Origin: an uncultured Poribacteria bacterium
Lineage (GTDB): Bacteria > Poribacteria > WGA-4E > WGA-3G
NCBI GenBank assembly: GCA_951813565.1
Contig: OX638351.1
Location: 5,280,001-5,344,000, forward strand
DNA: 64,000 bases
Reading direction: 5' to 3'
Of the stretch, positions 1 through 10,108 are shown piece after piece; position 1 is the first letter of the stretch; the number at the start of each line of letters is the position of its first letter. Both the position numbers and the translations under genes were made by a program. A model generated the notes under the pieces. It saw only the letters and a program-made list of their open reading frames with translations, had not been told where the DNA came from and ran no database searches.

Positions 1-931
1 CTTTAGCAACATCATATAGATGAGACTTCGCATGCATATAATCCACAATCTCTACAGCATTGGGGAAGTATTCATCCGCTAAGTTCCATATCCACGCTGC
101 ACCATCACCAAGAAACACAATCTCTTGCGTATCTATCGCTTCTTGGTAGATGCCACTATTGGTTGCTAACGCATATAACTCCTTACCAAAATGTGCCGCA
201 TCATTACGCGTTGCGACATAACGGATACTTGTCTCTCTCGCACTTGACACCGCATCAGAACCACATTGTGGATAATCTCTGTAAACACTACCAACTTTTG
301 TCTCTTTCCACCCATCAGGGGAGTTGGTATGACACCCATCACAACTCACATGCCATCGCTCATTTTCTGCGAGTTTTTGAGGTGCCACTTGTTCACAGAC
401 GCTCAAATCTTCTGACCATTCACTCACTTTGTGTTGGAGCGTCGTGTGGCTGACTTCTATACCTTGATGCGACAACTCTGATGCCGCTTCTCTATAGTCA
501 AGAAGGGCAGACAGACGACACATCGCTTCAGCAACACGACGCGTGTATTGACCCAATAACTTCTGTTTGACCTCCCACGGCGCGTGACGATGTCCTTGTT
601 CACAACAATACACCCAACGATTTACGCTTGTTTTTCCACAAAGTGTTGTGAAATAACGCGCACGCATACGCAATGGACGACAAAGTTCTTGACACGCTGG
701 ACATTCAACTGGTTCACGCTCTTTCTTATTTGACTTTTTAGAAACACACATTTCTAAAAACTTTTGTTTAAAAGAACAAAATGCTTCGGAAACACGGACT
801 TCAACATCACCTAAAGATAAACCCTCGTCAGAATTGATGTCTACATAAAGATCGTTGATCTCTTTTACAAACTCGTTAAAATCTGCTTTGTAATCGTTGC
901 CTTCACAAGGACTTAATGATATACTTGGCAT
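1..931 (-). CDS. ISKra4-family DDE transposase, 5' part (partial)
   Basis: Same sequence as ORF 14294..15613 with an offset of 14682 and a few SNPs; no stop codon inside the window. Confidence 0.9.
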   Translation of the reverse strand, partial: MPSISLSPCEGNDYKADFNEFVKEINDLYVDINSDEGLSLGDVEVRVSEAFCSFKQKFLEMCVSKKSNKKEREPVECPACQELCRPLRMRARYFTTLCGKTSVNRWVYCCEQGHRHAPWEVKQKLLGQYTRRVAEAMCRLSALLDYREAASELSHQGIEVSHTTLQHKVSEWSEDLSVCEQVAPQKLAENERWHVSCDGCHTNSPDGWKETKVGSVYRDYPQCGSDAVSSARETSIRYVATRNDAAHFGKELYALATNSGIYQEAIDTQEIVFLGDGAAWIWNLADEYFPNAVEIVDYMHAKSHLYDVAK

Positions 932-1041
932 TGGTATCCTCTCCTATAATAGTGATAATTATTAGGGTAGGATACCATTTATATACATTTTCTACAAGAA
1001 CTCCATTCATTTCAATTTCATGCCAAAAACTTTACACACCC
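1..1041 (-). mobile_element. ISKra4-family IS, copy 1 (cut by window start)
   Basis: Near-identical to 14683-15723; ends in the terminal inverted repeat TCATGCCAAAAACTTTACACACCC at about 1018-1041. Confidence 0.93.
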
Positions 1042-1183
1042 ATTTTCTAAAAAAAACTTGCTTAATTTTGCAAAATGTTGTATCATTATAAATAGGTTAT
1101 GGTAAAATCATATTATGGAGCATTTAAAATGAATATTACAGACCGATGTTTCAAATTCTTTTTTAACTTTTTGATGCAAAACA

Positions 1184-2149
1184 ATGGAGAAAGGGATGTT
1201 AAAGAATAATCGCTTACTATTTATTTTTGGGAGCATTATCGCTTGTGTCCTTTTCGTTATCGGTGTCTGGTTATGGACATTGCATATAGACAGCACCCGT
1301 GAACAAAACGCTGTTGCTCTTCCCAAAGTAGAGAATGCTGATATGGAAATCGCGCAAACGCCAAAACAAGTTGAAACGGAAATCAATTCTCCACAAAACA
1401 CCGCAAGGATTCAGGGGACAGTCCAAGATGGAACGGTAAACACATCCCCAAAAAGCAGTGCTGACCAAGATTTTAGCAAATTATCCTTGAAAGAACTTCT
1501 TGCCATCGTTGATGAACTTGAACCTGAAGTTTATTTTCCGCTCATGAATGCAAGAGTAAATCCAAAGGTTAATCAAGAATACCAAACACTTTCTGATGAA
1601 GAAAGAGTAAAGTTTCAAATTGCGATCCGAAGAGCCTTTCCTGAATTAATTGAAAAGGCCTGGGAGTCAGAAAGGTTACCTGTTCCGCCACCCGGACACA
1701 CCTACTTTAATGTTCCAGGGGAACCTCCGTTACTCGTCAAGTATAACGCAGTGGTCTATCGCGTCCTTCCGAATGCAAGGGAAGGATATGGACGGTGGGA
1801 CAAACTCAGTAAGGCAGAGCGTAAACGGTATAACACTTTACAACGCATCACCTCTAATATCCCAATTAGTAACCGTCAAATTTCCAGAGAGGTACTAGAG
1901 CTCGCCGAAGAGTGGAAACAACAACTCTATGAAAAAACATGGGGTTCTCACTCTACAATTCGTTCTTATAGTGCTTACAAGCGCCCAAAAACAGAGACAG
2001 AAAAAGAACGGGATGAAAATCTCTATAAAGAGGCGCAGGCTGAGTTAAAACGTAGCATGAACATACCACAGCGATCTGTAACTATTATTGATCCCAAATA
2101 TGTTGAGACAGTTATCAGTGAGCTTGAAGCATCACTGAATAGAAGGTAA
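1184..2149 (+). CDS. Hypothetical protein with N-terminal membrane anchor
   Basis: 321-aa ORF, hydrophobic N-terminal helix then a polar linker; no recognisable family. Confidence 0.75.
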   Translation: MEKGMLKNNRLLFIFGSIIACVLFVIGVWLWTLHIDSTREQNAVALPKVENADMEIAQTPKQVETEINSPQNTARIQGTVQDGTVNTSPKSSADQDFSKLSLKELLAIVDELEPEVYFPLMNARVNPKVNQEYQTLSDEERVKFQIAIRRAFPELIEKAWESERLPVPPPGHTYFNVPGEPPLLVKYNAVVYRVLPNAREGYGRWDKLSKAERKRYNTLQRITSNIPISNRQISREVLELAEEWKQQLYEKTWGSHSTIRSYSAYKRPKTETEKERDENLYKEAQAELKRSMNIPQRSVTIIDPKYVETVISELEASLNRR

Positions 2150-2208
2150 TCTCGGGTAACTACCCACAGATGCCACAATCTGAATTTTACATTACGAAGG
2201 AGACTTTT

Positions 2209-2856
2209 ATGAAACGTCAAGTTTATGTTGCTATTTTCCTCGTTATATTCTTCGTTACTGCTGTTATAGCGGGACAAACAGACTACGGAGCCGTAGGGGT
2301 TGGCTCCGCAAGTGCAGAAGCCCAATCTGGATATGATGATTTAGGTAGTGGGGGGATCCTATATAGATCTTATGCTAACACTCTGCACATTATTTGGACT
2401 AGCGGTTTTGAAGGTTGGTTGCCAGCGGAGTATAAAATAAAAATTAGTGCAAGTCAAAACAGTTCCGGAACTGATTGGCGAAAGATTACACTCAAGGCAC
2501 GTGGGACTGTTAGTGGGGGCAGTTCAACAACGTTAAATACACAATTTTCAACCAAAGATGTTAGTAACGCAGCAGCAGAAGTTGCTGGAATAAGTATAGA
2601 TGAAACAGTATCAGCGGAATTTTCCTGGGATTGGTCAACCAATTCTGATGGAGAATATACGGTAACCGGATACGGCGGTGGTTCTTGGAATGAACCTGCA
2701 TTTAATATAGATGCACAGGGCCAAGTTTTAGGTTTCGGTATAGGTGGAGGCATACCGTTCTCCTCAGAAGCAAGTGGTTGTTTTGATGAAACTGATGGAA
2801 GTACTACAACATTTACTGTTGGCACAGATGAATTAGTAGTTTCTGGCCAATTTTAG
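2209..2856 (+). CDS. Hypothetical secreted Ser/Thr/Gly-rich beta protein
   Basis: ORF 2170..2856; RBS AAGGAG precedes ATG at 2209 (MKRQVYVAIFLV... signal peptide). Confidence 0.75.
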   Translation: MKRQVYVAIFLVIFFVTAVIAGQTDYGAVGVGSASAEAQSGYDDLGSGGILYRSYANTLHIIWTSGFEGWLPAEYKIKISASQNSSGTDWRKITLKARGTVSGGSSTTLNTQFSTKDVSNAAAEVAGISIDETVSAEFSWDWSTNSDGEYTVTGYGGGSWNEPAFNIDAQGQVLGFGIGGGIPFSSEASGCFDETDGSTTTFTVGTDELVVSGQF

Positions 2857-2857
2857 T

Positions 2858-2971
2858 ATGGGTGGCGTGCTGATGTCTACAGCAGCAAGTGGTTGTTTTG
2901 TTGAAACTGAAGGGTCAACTACAACATTTACTGTTGGCACAGATACAATAGTCGTTCTACTGACTTCATAG
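2858..2971 (+). repeat. Diverged tandem copy of the last ~37 codons of the upstream gene
   Basis: MGGVLMSTAASGCFVETEGSTTTFTVGTDTIVVLLTS* aligns without gaps to GGGIPFSSEASGCFDETDGSTTTFTVGTDELVVSGQF*. Confidence 0.85.
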
Positions 2972-3008
2972 ACAGAAATTTAAAGAGGCACTGCCCCTTC
3001 TATATGCA

Positions 3009-3632
3009 GTGCCTCTTACTTTATTCATATGTATGTCACTCCTCAAAACTCTTACCTCATTCGTATTCTTATTTATCCTATTGGATAGTATGCAACTATC
3101 TCATGTACAAGCAAATACAGTTACTGATAACGATCCAGACAACTTTTTTTATCACGTCATTATTGAGAATAACCTCTTTAGACCCCTCGGATGGCGGCCC
3201 AAAAAAGCCCTCTTCCCTTATCAACTTATCGGTACTATTGTCTACACCGGTGGAAAACAGAAAGCAACCGCCATCATACAAGAAACCACTGCACAGAAGA
3301 AGATCCACTTTGTCCACATCGGAGACATCCTTGGAGATACAACTGTCCTTGAAATACAAAGCAAGAAGGTAACTCTTGACAAATCAGGGGAAAAGTTAAA
3401 TCTAAACATCACCCCACAGTACTTGAATCTACCGCACATTGTCCGAAAACCTGCGGCAACCCATGCAAATATAGACGAAAAACTTTCAAAGACAGTCAAA
3501 AAACCTTTAAACCAGGTAATAAAACTCACGGATTTGCCAAAGATACATTGGAAAGGTAGAACAGTATATTGGAATCCGTCAGATTTTTCCCGTGAAGAGA
3601 TAGAACAAAAACTACGTGATCAAGATTTCTGA
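3009..3632 (+). CDS. Hypothetical protein, GspC/PilP-like HR domain (tentative)
   Basis: Motif 'YQLIGTIV...ATAII...VHIGDIL.DTTVLEIQSKKVTL' resembles the T2SS GspC/PilP fold; N-terminal hydrophobic segment. Confidence 0.55.
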   Translation: MPLTLFICMSLLKTLTSFVFLFILLDSMQLSHVQANTVTDNDPDNFFYHVIIENNLFRPLGWRPKKALFPYQLIGTIVYTGGKQKATAIIQETTAQKKIHFVHIGDILGDTTVLEIQSKKVTLDKSGEKLNLNITPQYLNLPHIVRKPAATHANIDEKLSKTVKKPLNQVIKLTDLPKIHWKGRTVYWNPSDFSREEIEQKLRDQDF

Positions 3633-3662
3633 GGAAATATCAATAAATGGGTAGTACCGAAC

Positions 3663-4361
3663 ATGAATCCCGAAAATCCCCTAGTTTCCATCGTCATGCC
3701 CTGTCTAAACGAAGAAGAAACCCTCGGCATCTGCATTGAAAAGGCACAGCGGACCTTAGAAGTTCTTGGAGTCCAAGGTGAAGTTATTGTTGCTGATAAC
3801 GGTTCCACTGATACTTCTGTTTCGCTCGCTGAAAATCTCGGTGCTCGTGTTGTTTACCAGCCTCTCCGTGGTTACGGTGCCACCTATCTTGCGGGTTTTG
3901 CCACCACGCGCGGGAAATATATTATTATGGGAGACTCAGACGATACTTACGATTGGACAGACTTAGAGCGTTTTATCATCCCCCTTCAAAACGGATATGA
4001 CCTTGTGATAGGAAATCGGTTTAAAGGAGAAATCCTTCCTGGTGCAATGCCGTGGACGCGCCGCTACATCGGCAACCCTATTTTGTCCGGCATCCTGCGC
4101 GTTCTTTTTGGTACACATATTTCAGATTCACACTGTGGGATGCGCTCATTCACTTCTAATGCTTATGAACAAATGGAGTTGCAAACTACAGGAATGGAGT
4201 TTGCATCCGAAATGGTGATTAAAGCCGTGCAAGCAAATTTGAAAATACTCGAAATTCCTATCACATATCATCCTCGCGATGGTGAGTCAAAACTCAATCC
4301 CATTAAGGATGCGTGGCGACATCTGCGTTTCATGGTAACATATAAGTTATTCCGCAGATAA
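3663..4361 (+). CDS. GT2 glycosyltransferase (polyprenol-phosphate mannose synthase-like)
   Basis: VSIVMPCLNEE, VADNGSTD, MGDSD, DSHCGMR motifs. Confidence 0.92.
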   Translation: MNPENPLVSIVMPCLNEEETLGICIEKAQRTLEVLGVQGEVIVADNGSTDTSVSLAENLGARVVYQPLRGYGATYLAGFATTRGKYIIMGDSDDTYDWTDLERFIIPLQNGYDLVIGNRFKGEILPGAMPWTRRYIGNPILSGILRVLFGTHISDSHCGMRSFTSNAYEQMELQTTGMEFASEMVIKAVQANLKILEIPITYHPRDGESKLNPIKDAWRHLRFMVTYKLFRR

Positions 4362-4443
4362 AATCTGCAGTACCTTTCTCACTTTCCACTCGGAATATAC
4401 AATCCTCCTTAACACACTGACTCACAGAAATATATGAAACCTT

Positions 4444-4558
4444 ATACCAAATTAACAGGGTTTATCTTGTTTTATTGGAGTCAGGCAGAATACGCGTATG
4501 GTATTCTGCATTGGTTAGGAAACCGCACCTACCGAGACGAATCGCGTTAATTTGGTAT
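4444..4558. mobile_element. MITE-like element with TIR ATACCAAATTAAC
   Basis: ATACCAAATTAAC...GTTAATTTGGTAT; related ends at 26588-26688; internal hairpins. Confidence 0.65.
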
Positions 4559-4611
4559 TAGTTGTTTGCAGGAAAGGTATACATTTTCAATTTTCTCTGT
4601 AAAAAATTCTA

Positions 4612-6019
4612 CGCAATAAGTAGTTTTGGACTTGCAAAAAGCCCTTAAGCGTTATGGAAATTTATACTTAATAGGGTATGAGAATTCGGAAAAGCACTAA
4701 ACGGCGAAGACTAATTTCTAACTCTAATCTGTGAGAACTTCTGCCCCTCCAACTCACATCGGTATAAAAGTTGAGCGCGCTTGATAGATACTTTGCAACG
4801 GCAGACAATTCTTCTAATCGTTTTGCCGTTGTGATATTAGTGTGGTCCAGCTTGTCAAGACCTTATTCTTTAAGTTCTTCTGCCATCGTTGAGTGAGTCT
4901 TCATCTCATACTCTCATTGACAAACTTATCAAAAATGCTCTCAATGCTCCTATAGTTGTATTTATAGCACGCCTCTGCGACATATAGGGGCGTGTATTCA
5001 GTCCAATAGTGGTGATGACTTCCATACCAAGCACGTTTGAGAAGTGACCAGAAGCCTTCAATCGTATTGGTATGGACATCACCGTCAACAAATTGTTCTT
5101 GATGATCAATGATATGGTGCTTCATCTCTTTACCGAGTGTGAGATAAGCTTTATACTCATCAGTCATCAACTGCGATTTATCTACTTTAACAACTTCGCG
5201 AATAAAATTTAAGATAGTCCGTCCCGTCAAATCTTTTGCGAGTCTTGCCACAACTTTCCCACCGCGTTCAATCGCTCCGATGATAGCATCTTTATCAGTG
5301 CCACGCCCACGCTTAGCAGGATCCCTGTCCTCTTTTTTGTTCGCTTTGCGAGGTTTACCCCCGACATAAGTTTCGTCAGCCTCTATGATACCTTGTAAGA
5401 GGATATTATCTTTAGCCATTTCAGCACGGATACATGTTCCCATACGCCACGCAGTCTTTTGATCCAAGTCCAAATCTCTTGCCAACTGATGACTTGAAAG
5501 GCTCTTTTTAGCATTCATCATCAACGAGATAGCCAAAAACCACTTCTGAAGTGCTATCTTTGTCCCGTGAAACACCGTGCCACAAGTAACCTTGAAAGTA
5601 GCAGTGCAATCGTGGCATTGCAAGCGTCCGATGCGTCCCAATTCCGTTTCTGTTCGTCTTGCAACGTTTGGGCAATCACAATGTGGACACTTCGGTTTAC
5701 CCTTCCACCGAATACTCTCTAAATGTTCAATACAACTCTCTTGATCAGGGAATCGTTCCATCACTTTCAACAAATCCATCAGAAAACTCCTTTTTAGGAG
5801 TTGCTTTTTCTGACAGGTTTCTGATACAATAACTAGATAAGACAGAATGCCAGAAAAGCAACTCGCTTTTTTGTGTTCAATTAGGGGGTTAGCAGCCCTC
5901 TAATTTCTTATCTAAATTGTATCATATTTTCACAATTAAAACAAGCGAAAAATGTAGTCTACACAAGGATTTAGAGCGATTTTTAAAATTTTGTTGCAAG
6001 TCCAAAACTACTTATTGCG
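4612..6019 (-). mobile_element. IS1595-family IS, intact copy 1, 8-bp TSD AAATTCTA
   Basis: TIR CGCAATAAGTAGTTTTGGACTTGC at both ends; TSD at 4604-4611 and 6020-6027. Confidence 0.96.
4901..5779 (-). CDS. IS1595-family transposase
   Basis: N-terminal CPHC...CHDC zinc ribbon, EADETYVGG, TDEY, HTNTIEGFWSLLKR. Confidence 0.96.
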   Translation of the reverse strand: MDLLKVMERFPDQESCIEHLESIRWKGKPKCPHCDCPNVARRTETELGRIGRLQCHDCTATFKVTCGTVFHGTKIALQKWFLAISLMMNAKKSLSSHQLARDLDLDQKTAWRMGTCIRAEMAKDNILLQGIIEADETYVGGKPRKANKKEDRDPAKRGRGTDKDAIIGAIERGGKVVARLAKDLTGRTILNFIREVVKVDKSQLMTDEYKAYLTLGKEMKHHIIDHQEQFVDGDVHTNTIEGFWSLLKRAWYGSHHHYWTEYTPLYVAEACYKYNYRSIESIFDKFVNESMR

Positions 6020-6136
6020 AAATTCTATTGCTTTTCAATACCATCAAGTAGTATAATTTAAAAATGCTAAAACTTTAAACTACTGATATGGTAGTAGGTT
6101 TGGATAGAGATTACCGAACCTTATATATGATATAAT

Positions 6137-7411
6137 ATGTCTGAAACCACACTATTTGATGTCTCTTACGAACAACGAAAAAAACCCTTGCTGACTCAAA
6201 CTTTAGAACGGTTACGCCCTATCTACAGTCAGTCAGAGCTTAATGCTTTACGGATAGACAGCACGAGCCGAGAGGGGTTATCGCAACGTTCAGGACGGGG
6301 ATTTGTTAATCGTGATATTCTTGAAACCGTTCTGGGAAATCTATTGGAATGCGTTGCCCCGGGCTCTCATAACGCGCCACATCTTTTTAACCAAAAACGT
6401 GAACTTTCGGAAGCGATTGAAGAGTTAGCGGATCAGTTGTATGCGATGGTAGCCCAATCGTTTTTAGCAGTTACGGACGAAACACATCTGGGTGCTGCCC
6501 TTGAAACTGCCTTCTCACTCCTCTGGGAACTACCTCGATTAAAAAGCCGGGCACTTTGGAATCGCTTCGCATCCCTCAAAGACCCAGCTGTTTGGGATGC
6601 ATATCTCCTACACAACGGTATCTCTCGCGAAAAACTTGCAGCCCTTGATTTTCGTTCCCAAATTGACAATGCAATTAAGGAGCGAAGTTTTGACCCATAC
6701 CAAGATTTTCTCGGCACTTTGAACCTCGCCTCCGTTTTTGAATATCAACTTCAACTGGTAGTTAGCACTTATCCTGGGTGGCGTGTGCTGTTCTACCATG
6801 ATGTGGCTTATGCCTTAACACGAAGCGAACCACCAGAAGATAACTCACACCTCCACAGAGTTCCTGTTCCGTTGCTGCCGCGCGCCATTGCGGAATTAGG
6901 CGGACGTTATTATCAAGCCGACTTACATCCAGAAACCCAAATAGGGGACGCAAATTTCTTAGAGCACCCTCACCGTGGCGTGACGACAGGGCAAACAGGT
7001 ATTATCGGTTCTGGGTGTGTTCTCTACCCTTGCACACTTGGTGGTTTGAGTGTCAAGGTGAAGCAACGCCATCCTGTTATCGGTGATTTTGTGGAGATAG
7101 GAACAGACACAAGTCTCCTCGGTCCTGTCCAAATTGCTGACCGGACGACTATCGGGACAAATACCGAAATTTACGGGTTTGTAGAAATTGATCAAGGGTG
7201 TCGTATCGGTTCATCAGTCGTCATAGGAACTATCCGTGGCGCTGCAGAACATCCCGGTAAAATCATGATTGGAAATGAGGTGCGAATCGGTGATGGCACT
7301 GTGATTGAAAATACTTCTGAAATGGATTTGATTATACCGACCCGTGCACAGATTCCTGCACGAAGCCACGTTGCCAATGATGGTTTCGGTTTTCCCAGAT
7401 ATGTAACATAA
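6137..7411 (+). CDS. Serine O-acetyltransferase-like (CysE-like) hexapeptide-repeat transferase with long N-terminal extension
   Basis: DLHPETQIG, EHPHRG, TLGG, RHPVIGD and left-handed beta-helix hexapeptide repeats. Confidence 0.7.
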   Translation: MSETTLFDVSYEQRKKPLLTQTLERLRPIYSQSELNALRIDSTSREGLSQRSGRGFVNRDILETVLGNLLECVAPGSHNAPHLFNQKRELSEAIEELADQLYAMVAQSFLAVTDETHLGAALETAFSLLWELPRLKSRALWNRFASLKDPAVWDAYLLHNGISREKLAALDFRSQIDNAIKERSFDPYQDFLGTLNLASVFEYQLQLVVSTYPGWRVLFYHDVAYALTRSEPPEDNSHLHRVPVPLLPRAIAELGGRYYQADLHPETQIGDANFLEHPHRGVTTGQTGIIGSGCVLYPCTLGGLSVKVKQRHPVIGDFVEIGTDTSLLGPVQIADRTTIGTNTEIYGFVEIDQGCRIGSSVVIGTIRGAAEHPGKIMIGNEVRIGDGTVIENTSEMDLIIPTRAQIPARSHVANDGFGFPRYVT

Positions 7412-7523
7412 ATTGCATTAGAGTTTTCAGTATCGGGGTTACAAACCCCTCCCCCAAGATACATCTATATGTAGGGATAAAATAATCGCCAGAAAATAGA
7501 ATAGAGATTGAGACAGACGAAAT

Positions 7524-9086
7524 ATGAAGAAAATTGAACGCGCACTTATCAGCACTTACGACAAAGCAGGTCTTTTAGAAATTGCGAATACATTCGTGCA
7601 ACATAGGGTAGAAATTCTTTCCACTGGCGGCACTGCTCAACACCTTCGAGAGTCAGGAATAGAGATCACGGATGTCTCTGACTATACCGGTTTCCCAGAG
7701 ATGTTAGATGGTAGGGTTAAGACACTCCACCCAAAAGTCCACGGCGGGCTACTTGCGCAGTGGGATAATGCAGAACACGCAGCACAAGCCAACGATAATG
7801 AAATAAAACCTATTGACATGGTGATATGCAACTTGTATCCGTTTGAAGCGACCATTGCCAAACCTAATGTTACACTTGAAGAAGCGATTGAGAATATAGA
7901 CATCGGTGGACCGACAATGATTCGCGCTGCAGCAAAGAATTATAAACATGTTGCTGTCCTCACAAACCCTGATCAATATCCACAAATTATCGCTGACTTA
8001 GATGCCAACGATGGGTGTCTATCCGAAGATGTCCGATTTGAATTGGCAAAAACGGCATTTCTCCACACCGCACACTATGACAGTGTGGTTTCTACCTATC
8101 TCGCCAATTTAGAAACTGATGACGAATTTGGTGATGTTTTAACGCTCCACTTCCAGAAAGTAGATTCGTTAAGATACGGTGAAAATCCGCATCAAAGTGC
8201 TGCTTTCTATAGAACTGAGGATGCACCAACAACATGCGCTGCATGGGCAAAACAACTGAATGGACCACCATTATCGTTCAACAACATCCTTGATTTAGAT
8301 GCTGCCTTAGAGATTGTGAAAGACTTTAAAACGCCTACCTGTGCGATCATCAAGCATAATAACCCATGCGGACTTGCGACTGCTGGTAACCTAAAAGATG
8401 CCTTCACAAATGCCCTTGAATGCGATAGAACTTCTGCCTTCGGTTCAATTGTGGGTTTAAATCGTAAAGTGACGATTCAGACAGCGAACACTATTCGAGA
8501 CGCTGCAAAATCGGGTGTGAAAATAGAGGCGATAATCGCGCCGAGTTACACCGAGAAAGCACTTAGTGCATTGTCTCGTGTTACAAATCGCCAGATTTTT
8601 GAAACAGGGGAACTTTCAACATCAGAACCAATTCTACAAATCCGTAATGTGACTGGTGGCGTGCTTGTTCAAGAACAGGATGTACATAACATTGAAAAAA
8701 GTGACTTACAATTTGTCACTAAACGTAAACCCACGGACGAAGAGATAGAATCTTTGCTTTTTGCCTGGAAGGCATGTAAACATGTCAAATCCAACTGTAT
8801 CCTGCTTGCGCAAGGCACACAGACTGTCGGTATCGGTGCGGGACAAATGAGCCGTGTAGATGCTGCCATAATTGCTGTCCGCAAGGCAGGTGAAAAGACA
8901 AAAGACGCAGTTTTAGCCTCTGATGCATTTTTCCCATTTCCCGATGGTGTAGAGATTGCGGGTGAAGCAGGTATCCGCGCGATTATCCAACCCGGTGGGT
9001 CAGTCAATGACGAGTCTGTGATTGAAACAGCTGATAAATTTGGTATGGCGATGGTATTTACAGGTGTCCGACACTTTCGGCATTAG
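7524..9086 (+). CDS. purH: Bifunctional AICAR transformylase/IMP cyclohydrolase
   Basis: STGGTA, GRVKTLHP, IDIGGP, RYGENPHQ, SDAFFPF, RHFRH. Confidence 0.98.
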   Translation: MKKIERALISTYDKAGLLEIANTFVQHRVEILSTGGTAQHLRESGIEITDVSDYTGFPEMLDGRVKTLHPKVHGGLLAQWDNAEHAAQANDNEIKPIDMVICNLYPFEATIAKPNVTLEEAIENIDIGGPTMIRAAAKNYKHVAVLTNPDQYPQIIADLDANDGCLSEDVRFELAKTAFLHTAHYDSVVSTYLANLETDDEFGDVLTLHFQKVDSLRYGENPHQSAAFYRTEDAPTTCAAWAKQLNGPPLSFNNILDLDAALEIVKDFKTPTCAIIKHNNPCGLATAGNLKDAFTNALECDRTSAFGSIVGLNRKVTIQTANTIRDAAKSGVKIEAIIAPSYTEKALSALSRVTNRQIFETGELSTSEPILQIRNVTGGVLVQEQDVHNIEKSDLQFVTKRKPTDEEIESLLFAWKACKHVKSNCILLAQGTQTVGIGAGQMSRVDAAIIAVRKAGEKTKDAVLASDAFFPFPDGVEIAGEAGIRAIIQPGGSVNDESVIETADKFGMAMVFTGVRHFRH

Positions 9087-9234
9087 TTTCTGAAATTATA
9101 AAATCTTGATTTGATTAGGGCAATATGTTATAATCAAACAAAGGTCTATACTTGGAAATTAATAACGAAGCGTCCTTTACCCTCACTTTTGTAGCGCAAG
9201 TAGTTCGCTACTTTCCATCCAAAGGATAACGAAC

Positions 9235-9984
9235 ATGAAAAAACTGATTTTCTTTATTCCCTTTGTTGTTATTTTCGTTGCAATTTACTGGTACACAAAC
9301 TTTCACACACGCGATGCTACAAACAAACTTACGGAGCATCCCCTTGTTGAAGAACAAACGGATACTAACACAGTACTATCAGATCAAAATGCAAAAAAAC
9401 CAAGTGTTCCCAAACTTACTGATGAATCTGATCCATCAGTCCATGATAAAGTTCCAAATCATTTGCAGGAAAAGGCTGATGTAACAAATGAAGAATTGGC
9501 AGATCATGACTCGCCAAACGAAGACCTCGTGAATGAACAATCTCTTCAAAGAGATCCATGGAAGGAGATTATTGACGCGGAAATGGAAGCAATAGCGCGT
9601 GGGACGTGGATAGGCGATCCAGAAACGATGGATCCAGATGAACTTCATAGTGCAGTATATAACCAACTCCTTGAAAGGTTTGGAGATATTCCACAAGTAC
9701 ATACCTACATGGAGTATAGCCGAAAGACTACGAATAATGCTCCCATGACATTAGATGAAAGAATTGCCGGATTGGAAGCAATGAATCATTTGTTTCCATC
9801 CGGATCAACCCGCCGCACACTTGTGTATTATAAGTGGACGCAAGCAAATGGTGGTTATTATGATAATCCCTTTGCTCAAGGGATAATTTCAGATGCGGAT
9901 ATTAAAGAACTTCAAAATTCAGGTATCACGGTTAAGATAGACGAGACAGATCAGAGGGTTAGAATTCGTATTTCAACGAAATAA
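9235..9984 (+). CDS. Hypothetical exported/membrane-anchored protein (paralog of 25674..26315)
   Basis: RBS AAGGA; N-terminal anchor; shared DPW...FGD...GLEA...L(F/Y)P motif. Confidence 0.8.
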   Translation: MKKLIFFIPFVVIFVAIYWYTNFHTRDATNKLTEHPLVEEQTDTNTVLSDQNAKKPSVPKLTDESDPSVHDKVPNHLQEKADVTNEELADHDSPNEDLVNEQSLQRDPWKEIIDAEMEAIARGTWIGDPETMDPDELHSAVYNQLLERFGDIPQVHTYMEYSRKTTNNAPMTLDERIAGLEAMNHLFPSGSTRRTLVYYKWTQANGGYYDNPFAQGIISDADIKELQNSGITVKIDETDQRVRIRISTK

Positions 9985-10011
9985 TTTTATAAAGCAGGAC
10001 TTCACATAAAC

Positions 10012-10038
10012 GTTAGCGCGCTTCGTAAGCGCGCTAAC
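10012..10038. terminator. Perfect 12-bp hairpin after stop codon
   Basis: GTTAGCGCGCTT-CGT-AAGCGCGCTAAC followed by TTCTT. Confidence 0.55.
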
Positions 10039-10108
10039 TTCTTAGAATCCTGCTGAAAATCACACTTTCAATTGTTGTAAATGTATAATTCGCTCAGGAA
10101 AATGAAAA

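Noticed and set aside
163..453. 96-aa plus-strand ORF repeated at 14845
   Set aside because: Antisense shadow of the ISKra4 transposase; repeated only because the IS is repeated
2768..2971. Diversity-generating retroelement TR/VR pair
   Set aside because: Mismatches are not confined to adenines of either copy, and no reverse transcriptase is in the window
7412..7523. ZTP or other riboswitch upstream of purH
   Set aside because: Only a REP-like hairpin is visible; no recognisable aptamer consensus by eye
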